Assembly: GCA_029268645.1 (NCBI GenBank)
Contig: JAQWNI010000248.1
Location: 4,346 to 68,345, forward strand
Source: Myxococcota bacterium
GTDB lineage: Bacteria > Myxococcota_A > UBA9160 > UBA4427
Length of the DNA: 64,000 bases
Direction of reading: 5' to 3'
Position 1 is the first letter of the stretch; each line of letters opens with the position of its first letter. Below are positions 56,921 to 64,000 of the stretch, piece after piece. Both the position numbers and the translations under genes were made by a program. A model generated the notes under the pieces. It worked only from the letters and a program-made list of their open reading frames with translations, was not told the DNA's origin and made no database searches.

Positions 56921-58402
56921 GTGTTCAGTCGGCTGTTTAATTCGCCCTGGTTCTTCTTTGGAGTCGCGGCTCTGCTGATCTGTGTGGCCGTCGCTTCGCA
57001 GTTCCAAAGGGCGGACGTTGAGGCTCCGCCTGGTGACGTGGAGGATGTTCTCTCTCTGAAGGAGCATAAGCCCTACAACGTCGTTTTTATCCTCATCGAT
57101 ACTCTACGTGCAGACCGCCTGTCCGCGTATGGCTACGACCGAGAGACGAGCCCCAATTTGGAAGCTTTGGCCCAGCGCGGGGTCCGTTTTGCTCAGGTTG
57201 AAAGTCAAAGCAGCTGGACGAAGGCCTCAATGGCCTCATTGTGGACCGGGCTGTACCCCCAGCGCACGGGCGTGATTCGATTTCCGCACGCCCTACCCGA
57301 AGATGCCGTGATGCCCGCCGAGATTTTTCAAGAGGCCGGTTACCGGACCGGCGGCGTGTGGCGCAATGGTTGGGTGGCCAACAATTTTGGCTTCAGCCAG
57401 GGATTTGATCTGTACCTTCGACCGACTCAGAGTAAGTCCAGAGCAGATATGCGTCGCTTCGCACCCTCGTCATTCTCCCTATCTGGAACCGATCTCGATG
57501 TCACGATATCAGCATCTGAATTTGTTATGGGCACGAGCGGCGAACCGTTTCTGCTCTATCTGCACTACATGGATGTCCACCAATACGTGTATTCCGATGT
57601 GTCTCCGGTTTATGGAACAGACATCTCTGACATTTACGACAGCTCGATCCATTGGACAGACCAAAATGTCGGACTCGTGGTTGAAATGCTTCGCGTTCGC
57701 GGATTGTTGGACGACACGTGGATCATCGTTGCCTCAGATCACGGTGAGGCCTTCTTTGAACACGGTGGGGAAGGACATGCAAGAAATCTATATAGCGAAG
57801 TGCAGCAGGTTCCTCTGATTATCGCGCCTCCGGTCTCGCTGAGCCCAGGGCTGGTCGTCGAAGAGCGAGTCGCCAACGTCGATATTTGGCCGACTGTGCT
57901 CGATTTGCTGGGACTTCCGCCCTTGCCAGATGCACAAGGCCAGTCTTTGGTGCCTTTGATCGAGGCCGCAGCCGGTTTGAGAGAAGTCCCTGAAGAGCTG
58001 GTTGAGCGGCCTCTCTTTGCACAGCTCGATCGGACTTGGGGGCGCGCCACCAGTGATCCTGACCCAATGGTTTCAGTCATGAAGAAAGACTTCAAAATGC
58101 TTCATCGGTTCAGCGAGCCCGACCGTAATGAGCTCTATGACCGGTCGGTGGACCCAAGCGAGCAGACGAATCTGGCCGGTTCGGAGCCGAAGGTTCAGGC
58201 GGAGCTGGCTGATGAAATCAAACAATTCGCCAAGCAGGGAGTCGTTTGGGACGAGTCGTTCGAAGTTGAAATCGATGAGTTGAATGCAGCCCAGCTTCGG
58301 GCCTTGGGCTACGTCCTTCCGGCGGCCCACCAAGCGGTCGAAGGGGCCAAGCCGGTGGCGCCTGGTGTGGCGCGGAAGCCGAAGGCTTGGGGAGAAAACT
58401 GA
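56921..58402 (+). CDS. Sulfatase/alkaline-phosphatase-superfamily protein, N-terminally anchored
   Basis: IDTLRAD, SWTKASMAS, DVH, DHGE, LRALGY. Confidence 0.85.
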   Translation: MFSRLFNSPWFFFGVAALLICVAVASQFQRADVEAPPGDVEDVLSLKEHKPYNVVFILIDTLRADRLSAYGYDRETSPNLEALAQRGVRFAQVESQSSWTKASMASLWTGLYPQRTGVIRFPHALPEDAVMPAEIFQEAGYRTGGVWRNGWVANNFGFSQGFDLYLRPTQSKSRADMRRFAPSSFSLSGTDLDVTISASEFVMGTSGEPFLLYLHYMDVHQYVYSDVSPVYGTDISDIYDSSIHWTDQNVGLVVEMLRVRGLLDDTWIIVASDHGEAFFEHGGEGHARNLYSEVQQVPLIIAPPVSLSPGLVVEERVANVDIWPTVLDLLGLPPLPDAQGQSLVPLIEAAAGLREVPEELVERPLFAQLDRTWGRATSDPDPMVSVMKKDFKMLHRFSEPDRNELYDRSVDPSEQTNLAGSEPKVQAELADEIKQFAKQGVVWDESFEVEIDELNAAQLRALGYVLPAAHQAVEGAKPVAPGVARKPKAWGEN

Positions 58403-58427
58403 GCCCGGGCGCCGCAGCCCGAGCAGC

Positions 58428-59537
58428 CTAAAGAGCGGCCGGGGGGGCTCCGGTTCGAAAGTTGACGCGTTGGCTATGACGTTCTCGTGCGAAGTCAATC
58501 AGCTGGTCGAGTAACGTGCCGAAAGGGATACCACTTTCGGCCCAAAGCCGAGGATACATCGATCCTGACGTGAATCCCGGCAGGCTGTTGAGTTCATTGA
58601 TCCAGACGTTCTCGGTTTCCCGCTCGACCAAAAAGTCGACTCGGGTCATGCCTCGAGCCTCTAGGGCTGTGGCGGATCGTATGGCGAGGTCTTGAAGTTT
58701 CTTCGTCAGTGAGGGGGGAATCTCGGCGGGGATGATGAGTTCAGTCGATTCGTCTTGGTACTTGGCATGGTAGTCGTAAAAATCGTGGCGGGGGATGATC
58801 TCGCCTGGCACTGAGGCTTTGCAGTGTTCGTTACCCAGAATCGCAATTTCGAGTTCTCTGGCATCAACAGCGCGCTCGACGATCACCTTGTCGTCGTAGT
58901 AGGCTGCTTCTTTTAGGCTTAAGGCCAGTGAAGCGACATCTTGAGCCCTAGAAATACCGACGGATGAACCCGAGTTGGCCGGCTTGACAAAAACCGGGAG
59001 CGAGAGTTGCCGGTTGATCTTCTCCACCCACTGATCCCCGCCTCGCTTCAGCTCACTAGAGCGGATCGTGACCCAGGGTAGGACGGGAAGGTCGGCGGAT
59101 TTCAGGATCTGCTTAGCCAAGTCCTTGTCCATTTGAAGCGCAGAGCTCAAAACCCCCGAACCCACATATGGAACTGAGGCCAATTCGAGTAATCCTTGGA
59201 GGGCCCCATCCTCGCCGCCGCGGCCATGGGCGATTGGGAAGATGACATCGAGGGTCTCATCTCCGAATTGAATCGACCTTTCCCGATCGACCTGATCGAG
59301 GCGGCCGCCGCTGGCGTCGGCGCGGAGGACAACCTCGGGTGCCTGCAAAATGCTTTCGAGGGAGCCTCCGTGATCGTTCGGCGCTAGGTGCCAGCGTCCC
59401 TCGGGATCGACCAAGATGAGGGAAACGTCGTATTTCTGGCGGTCTAGGGCTTGGAGAATGGCCATCGCCGAAACGATCGAAACTTGATGCTCGACCGATC
59501 TGCCTCCAAAGAGCAAGCCCACTCTCAGCTTGGCCAT
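58428..59537 (-). CDS. ddl: D-alanine--D-alanine ligase
   Basis: FGGRSVEH, HGRGGEDG, KPANSGSSVG, FYDYHAKY, NELNSLPG. Confidence 0.95.
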   Translation of the reverse strand: MAKLRVGLLFGGRSVEHQVSIVSAMAILQALDRQKYDVSLILVDPEGRWHLAPNDHGGSLESILQAPEVVLRADASGGRLDQVDRERSIQFGDETLDVIFPIAHGRGGEDGALQGLLELASVPYVGSGVLSSALQMDKDLAKQILKSADLPVLPWVTIRSSELKRGGDQWVEKINRQLSLPVFVKPANSGSSVGISRAQDVASLALSLKEAAYYDDKVIVERAVDARELEIAILGNEHCKASVPGEIIPRHDFYDYHAKYQDESTELIIPAEIPPSLTKKLQDLAIRSATALEARGMTRVDFLVERETENVWINELNSLPGFTSGSMYPRLWAESGIPFGTLLDQLIDFARERHSQRVNFRTGAPPAAL

Positions 59538-59645
59538 GCGCCGACTTCTCCCTCCTGTCTCACGATAGCGGAACCCAAGCCACTTGCCGGCGAGTCGGAA
59601 CCCGCCCGTGTTGACCCCGATCCGGGGGCTTCGTACCTTGCGGCA

Positions 59646-60512
59646 GTGGAAAAGCAACTCTCGCCGCGACTGCTTGCTCAGCAAGAGGCACTCTTGTCCC
59701 GCTTATCCGGGGCCGGGCGCGTTCTCGTAGCCTTTTCGGGAGGAGTCGATTCGAGCTATCTCGCTTGGGCGGCCCGGCGGGCTCTCGGCACGGATGCTTT
59801 GGCGGTGACAGCGGTTTCCCCCTCGTACCCGGCGGCTCATCGGGAAATGGCTGAACGGATCGCTCAGGACTTCGACATCGCCCACCGATTCGTCGAAACC
59901 CATGAGATGGATCAGGTCAGTTACCGACGCAACGCGCCTGATCGCTGTTATCACTGCAAGACGGAACTTTTCGTCCGCATGGAATGGCTTCTTGAAGAAC
60001 TCGATTTTGATGCCCTCGCATACGGGATCAACCTCGACGATCGATCCGACCATCGACCGGGCCATCAGGCGGCGACTGAGCACCGAGTCTTGTCTCCCTT
60101 GCTGGATGTCGGCTTAGACAAGGCGGGGATTCGTCTTCTTTCCCGTGAGGCGGGTCTGCCTTGTTGGGACCTGCCGGCTTCGGCCTGCTTGGCCTCCCGT
60201 CTTCCTTACGGGACAGAGGTCACTCCACAGAGGCTCAGCCAAGTGGAAGAAGGTGAGGAACGCCTTCGGTCGCTGGGCTTCCACCAAGTCCGTTTGCGTC
60301 ACCATGGGGACGTGGCCAGGATTGAGATCGACCCGGCCGAAATGCGCGACGGTATGAGCGCAGAGCAGCTGGAGGCCATCTCATTGGCCATCAAACCCCT
60401 CGGTTTTCGTTGGGTTTGCATCGATGCGGATGGCTATCGGACGGGTTCTCTCAATGATGCTTTGTTGAGCCCACTGAGCGCTTCTTCTTCTTCCACGGTT
60501 GAGCCGTCCTGA
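59646..60512 (+). CDS. larE: ATP-dependent sulfur transferase LarE family
   Basis: PP-loop AFSGGVDS, RCYHCK, DHRPG, ACLASRLPYG, RLRHHG; start approximate. Confidence 0.88.
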   Translation: MEKQLSPRLLAQQEALLSRLSGAGRVLVAFSGGVDSSYLAWAARRALGTDALAVTAVSPSYPAAHREMAERIAQDFDIAHRFVETHEMDQVSYRRNAPDRCYHCKTELFVRMEWLLEELDFDALAYGINLDDRSDHRPGHQAATEHRVLSPLLDVGLDKAGIRLLSREAGLPCWDLPASACLASRLPYGTEVTPQRLSQVEEGEERLRSLGFHQVRLRHHGDVARIEIDPAEMRDGMSAEQLEAISLAIKPLGFRWVCIDADGYRTGSLNDALLSPLSASSSSTVEPS

Positions 60513-61489
60513 TGTGGACGATCCTCGACGCGGAGGGGCATCCTCGCGATATGGGAGAGGCGCAGGGCCGCCAGTTGGCCCTTCAAATCCAAGAGCATGC
60601 TAGGGCGGTGGACGGATTTCGTCGCGCCCGGATTCCGTCACTCCGGGGCTTGACCTTTGGAAGCCGCCGCGGAACAGGCGTCGGGCGCGAGATGATTCGG
60701 CACTACACGCATCTTGCGGAAAGAATGGATGGTTTGGCTCGGGGAGCTGGCGTCTCGATCGATTCCATCTTGGCACTTCATGCCCGAGATGGAGAAGGCA
60801 CCCAGGCCTCCGATCCGACTTCTTGCAAAGCGACGGCCTTGTCGGTGATGGGGCAGAACGAGGAGGGCGGCGTCACACTGGCTCGGAGCTTGTCCGAGGG
60901 ATCGATGGCGAATCAAGGCTTTTGTATTCGGAAGAGCCGCCCGGCGGTGGGTTTTGCCTCCGTTGAGATCGTGTTGCCCTGGATGTGCGCCTCACTGGCG
61001 GGGGTTAATCAGGCGGGGTTAGCCGCCTGCATCGTGCCGGCAGCTGGTCAGCTATCGCAAGATCAGGCCGATCAGGATGGGTTCCTGGATCCTCCGCCTC
61101 TTCTTTTAGTGCAGGAGTGCCTTCAGCGATTCGAATCGGTCGAGACGGCCCAGGACTGGGCGATGAGTCGACCCGCCTGGGGGCATGCCACCCTATTGTT
61201 GGCCGATGCAGAAGGGGATCGGGTCCAGGTTCAATATGAAGGTGGCCAAAGGTGTGACCAGAGAGCCTTGGATGAACCGGTCTGGATCGGAGCCTCTGCC
61301 TCGGACGGTGAGCTTCTTTTGGGGGGTAAGCCTCTGCAAGACGCCCTTCTTTCGGGTGAGGCAGATATTGTCCAAGCGCTTGAGGTTGCAGCGGGCGAAA
61401 CGCCCGTCGAGAACTGGGTTCTTCTACAGCCAGGTCGCCGAGCCTTGGAATGGCGGGGCCAGAATTCTCATTTCAGAATCGAAATCTGA
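60512..61489 (+). CDS. C45-family Ntn hydrolase/acyltransferase-like protein
   Basis: GHPRDMGEAQG, internal SC candidate autocleavage site, LARS, GVNQAGLA, LLLADAEG. Confidence 0.6.
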   Translation: MWTILDAEGHPRDMGEAQGRQLALQIQEHARAVDGFRRARIPSLRGLTFGSRRGTGVGREMIRHYTHLAERMDGLARGAGVSIDSILALHARDGEGTQASDPTSCKATALSVMGQNEEGGVTLARSLSEGSMANQGFCIRKSRPAVGFASVEIVLPWMCASLAGVNQAGLAACIVPAAGQLSQDQADQDGFLDPPPLLLVQECLQRFESVETAQDWAMSRPAWGHATLLLADAEGDRVQVQYEGGQRCDQRALDEPVWIGASASDGELLLGGKPLQDALLSGEADIVQALEVAAGETPVENWVLLQPGRRALEWRGQNSHFRIEI

Positions 61490-61580
61490 GCCGTCGAGAT
61501 TGGGATCGCGGCTTGTTTCGGGGTCACCCGTGTCTCGTCTTGTTGCCAAACTTCGTGTCTGGCCCTGGGGCGGTGCCGGT

Positions 61581-62009
61581 CTAGCGCAGGGTGATGTCCA
61601 GTGTCTTTGGTGACGAGTCAACGTCGAAAGAAATGTCTGAGAAGTTCGGTGGACCAAACCGTCCTCGGGCATTCTGGCTGAATCCGTAGGGTTCTTTAGG
61701 CAGGCCTAGAAACGAAGTGTCCAATTTTTCGTTGCCGTTCACGTCATGAAATGCAGAAATGCCATACCGCCCCGGTGGTAGGTTTTCGAAGGTCAGCCAA
61801 ACCTCGTCGATGTGAGCCGGAACTTCTTTCTGCATCTGAGGGGCGCTCGATTTGAAAGCCTGCTCGTTTGCGAACAAGGCAACCCGAACGGTTCCCTGAT
61901 CGTTCTCGATGCCCAAGAGGCGGACCCGAAGGTCGCTGGCGTAGGCGGGGAGGGCTATGAGCCAGGTCCCTAAGACCGCAAAGCCGATGAAGTTCGTCAG
62001 GCTCTTCAT
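61581..62009 (-). CDS. DUF2141 secreted protein
   Basis: Signal peptide, PGRYGISAFHDVNGN, GLPKEPYGFSQN. Confidence 0.88.
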   Translation of the reverse strand: MKSLTNFIGFAVLGTWLIALPAYASDLRVRLLGIENDQGTVRVALFANEQAFKSSAPQMQKEVPAHIDEVWLTFENLPPGRYGISAFHDVNGNEKLDTSFLGLPKEPYGFSQNARGRFGPPNFSDISFDVDSSPKTLDITLR

Positions 62010-62144
62010 TTAGAAACCTCGAATTCGATGGTCGATTTGAGTTCGTGAGCATACCTCGGGGAAAGGTTCGTCTTCAAGCGGAGAGCGAATACTCTCGGCC
62101 CCTCTGTTCCCCCATGCTTAGCGTTCGCCCTAGAGGGAAGCCGC

Positions 62145-63335
62145 TTAACGTTTTTGGCGTCGTTTGTTGCGGGCGCGGATTTCATCGAGGGTCCTAGGAC
62201 GGCGACCGATGAACCTTCCCGCGATTTCTTGAATGACGACATCGGGCTTTTCCATCAAAACGGCTTCCGGGTCGACATCACGGTCCCAAATGAAGACGCT
62301 CCGAGAAAAATCCTCCGCGAGATAAGGGATTAAGGCATTAGCAAATGAATCACGAAAAACGAGGGCTCGAGGTCGTGAAGGATCAGGCAGTTCAAAGACT
62401 CTTGGCTTGAGTACTCTGCGCCCACTGCGCCGCGCCTCTTCCTTTACACTTCGCTCTCTTGCTCGGGCCGAGATGATCGGTCGTGCGTGCACCGATTCTG
62501 GGTACTGATCTTCCATGGAAACGGTGACGGCGAGCCCCAAGCCGGGTCGCACGTATTCTTCAGAGGTCACGAGAGTGGGCGCAGTGCCCCTTAGTGACGG
62601 CAGGGCCGCCTCGAGTCGTCTGCGGATTTCTTGATAGCCGAGGTAGGCGCCGGCTTCATTCCAATGAGAGTCAGTTTTGTGGTAGAGGCGAGTGGTTTCC
62701 TTGTTCTCCAATATGACTCTCTGAAGGTCGAGCCATGGCAAATCAGAGTTGTGCTCAAGGTGGCTAGAGAGCTGGCCCAGTGGATGGTCTAGGCTGCTTC
62801 GAGGAAGTGAATCGGGCATGTATTCGCTGTAGACGAGGTTTTTATCGGGGACGAAGACGACGAGGTATTCGATGCCTTGTGAAGCCAGCCAATCCCTTCG
62901 CTCGGTCAGGACGTCTTGCCACCGCTCAAGCTCAAGTGGTGTCAGCGGGGCTAATCCACGGTAGTTGAGAAGCGTGTCGCGGTCGCCCAAGAAAAGCCAA
63001 CCCTCTTTTCCGATCACGGTCAGAGGGGAGGGTGAAACGCCGAAGCCTTGAACGTTAAATCGGGCCCATGAGCCGATCAGCCAGTCACGAAAACCGAGGT
63101 GGTCGTCATACCAAGCATCGACGGCGGCTGGCCATGCGCTCAGTCCCTCTGTGGACCCATCGAGAGAGGGCCACGGCGCAAGGAATCTCTTTTCAGTCAA
63201 GGATTGAGAGGGCGTGGGGAGAATAATCTGGCCGAGCGTGGGCAGCCACATGGCCGCCATAAGGAGGCCCACCGTGATGATGTGGAAACGTCTGGACATC
63301 GGGTCAGGCTGCTCTGGTTCGCGATCGCCCCGCAT
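62145..63335 (-). CDS. AlgJ/AlgX-type SGNH polysaccharide O-acetyltransferase
   Basis: GKEGWLF, PDKNLVY, KTDSHWN, RDSF. Confidence 0.85.
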   Translation of the reverse strand: MRGDREPEQPDPMSRRFHIITVGLLMAAMWLPTLGQIILPTPSQSLTEKRFLAPWPSLDGSTEGLSAWPAAVDAWYDDHLGFRDWLIGSWARFNVQGFGVSPSPLTVIGKEGWLFLGDRDTLLNYRGLAPLTPLELERWQDVLTERRDWLASQGIEYLVVFVPDKNLVYSEYMPDSLPRSSLDHPLGQLSSHLEHNSDLPWLDLQRVILENKETTRLYHKTDSHWNEAGAYLGYQEIRRRLEAALPSLRGTAPTLVTSEEYVRPGLGLAVTVSMEDQYPESVHARPIISARARERSVKEEARRSGRRVLKPRVFELPDPSRPRALVFRDSFANALIPYLAEDFSRSVFIWDRDVDPEAVLMEKPDVVIQEIAGRFIGRRPRTLDEIRARNKRRQKR

Positions 63336-63351
63336 GGGGTTTCTCCTTTCC

Positions 63352-64000
63352 TCAGAATCGGAAATAGATAAACGGATTATGGGTCCCAGCGGCCAAGGAC
63401 ATTACGCAGAGCAACCCCAGTCCGCATACGGCGATGAGCCGTGCAGTTTCAAGCACAAAAGTGGGGTGGTTGAGGCGCTCTGCGAATCGAGAAGAGAGGT
63501 TCCGCGAGAAGCGCCAAGTCGAGGCCACGGCAATTCCCAGAACGAGCAGAATCCTTGCATCGAATACCGTAATGAGAGGCCAAGGCCCCCCCGCGCTTTG
63601 GGTCCATCCACTGAGGACGCCGAGGTAGTGGAGGGCTTGGTCTATATCGTCGGCTCTGAAGAAGACCCAGGCAATGATAACGACGACGAGCGTATAGGTC
63701 TGCTGGAGTGAAGCAGGCAGCCTTTCGAGCACGTCTCCGAAGGGCGTTCGTTCTAGGGCCAGAAAAAATCCGTGAACCAAACCCCAAATGACGAAGGTCC
63801 ATGCGGCACCGTGCCACAATCCACAGAGTAAGAATACTGCAAAGAGGTTGATGGCGGTTCGCGCGGACCCTAGGCGGTTTCCGCCGAGGGGGATGTAGAC
63901 GTAATCTCGGAAAAAAGCCGAAAGCGTCATGTGCCAGCGACGCCAGAATTCGCGAAGTGAGCGTGACGTATACGGCCAGTTGAAGTTTTCTGGAAAGGTG
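63352..64000 (-). CDS. MBOAT O-acyltransferase (AlgI-like), 5'-truncated at the window edge
   Basis: ENFNWPY, EFWRRWHMTLS, DYVYIPLGGN, GLWHGA, NPFIYFRF. Confidence 0.93.
   Translation of the reverse strand, partial: TFPENFNWPYTSRSLREFWRRWHMTLSAFFRDYVYIPLGGNRLGSARTAINLFAVFLLCGLWHGAAWTFVIWGLVHGFFLALERTPFGDVLERLPASLQQTYTLVVVIIAWVFFRADDIDQALHYLGVLSGWTQSAGGPWPLITVFDARILLVLGIAVASTWRFSRNLSSRFAERLNHPTFVLETARLIAVCGLGLLCVMSLAAGTHNPFIYFRF

Noticed and set aside
58428-59537. Van-type D-Ala-D-Lac ligase, suggested by the neighbouring larE
   Set aside because: The omega loop FYDYHAKY keeps the Tyr typical of D-Ala-D-Ala ligases; no vanH or vanX nearby
1-64000. CRISPR arrays, tRNA/rRNA, IS elements, integrases, defence systems, exosortase
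   Set aside because: No repeat-spacer periodicity, cloverleaf, transposase, recombinase, nuclease or exosortase motifs were recognised by eye

Overview
GC-rich (~60%) bacterial chromosomal window. Gene content suggests a Myxococcota/deltaproteobacterial lineage, which is an inference only. Bases 1-22 kb are lipid and acyl-CoA metabolism: several acyl-CoA dehydrogenases, an SCP-x-type thiolase, enoyl-CoA hydratase, plsB, fabH, a heterodimeric ABC exporter pair and a phasin-like gene. Bases 22-30 kb are housekeeping genes (hflX, glmU, glmS, pcrA/uvrD), followed by an ORF-free gap containing a promoter and a ~140-nt rod-shaped RNA candidate. Bases 30-58.4 kb are the most interesting part, an apparent extracytoplasmic surface-protein glycosylation locus. 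It holds five GT-C-fold membrane glycosyltransferases, including an AglB/STT3-like enzyme whose WWD motif is replaced by HPN and a TMTC-like protein. It also holds three polyprenyl-phosphate-sugar synthase-like GT2s, a WbpB/E/D-like aminosugar pathway, three sulfatase-fold proteins with Thr at the nucleophile position, two TPR lipoproteins and a Thr/Gly-rich PEP-CTERM protein with six N-X-S/T sequons. One GT-C gene is interrupted by a single in-frame TAG. The window ends with ddl, larE plus a C45 Ntn-hydrolase, DUF2141 and algJ/algI-type O-acetyltransferases. No rRNA, tRNA, CRISPR array or mobile element was seen. All calls come from reading motifs by eye; no database searches were run.
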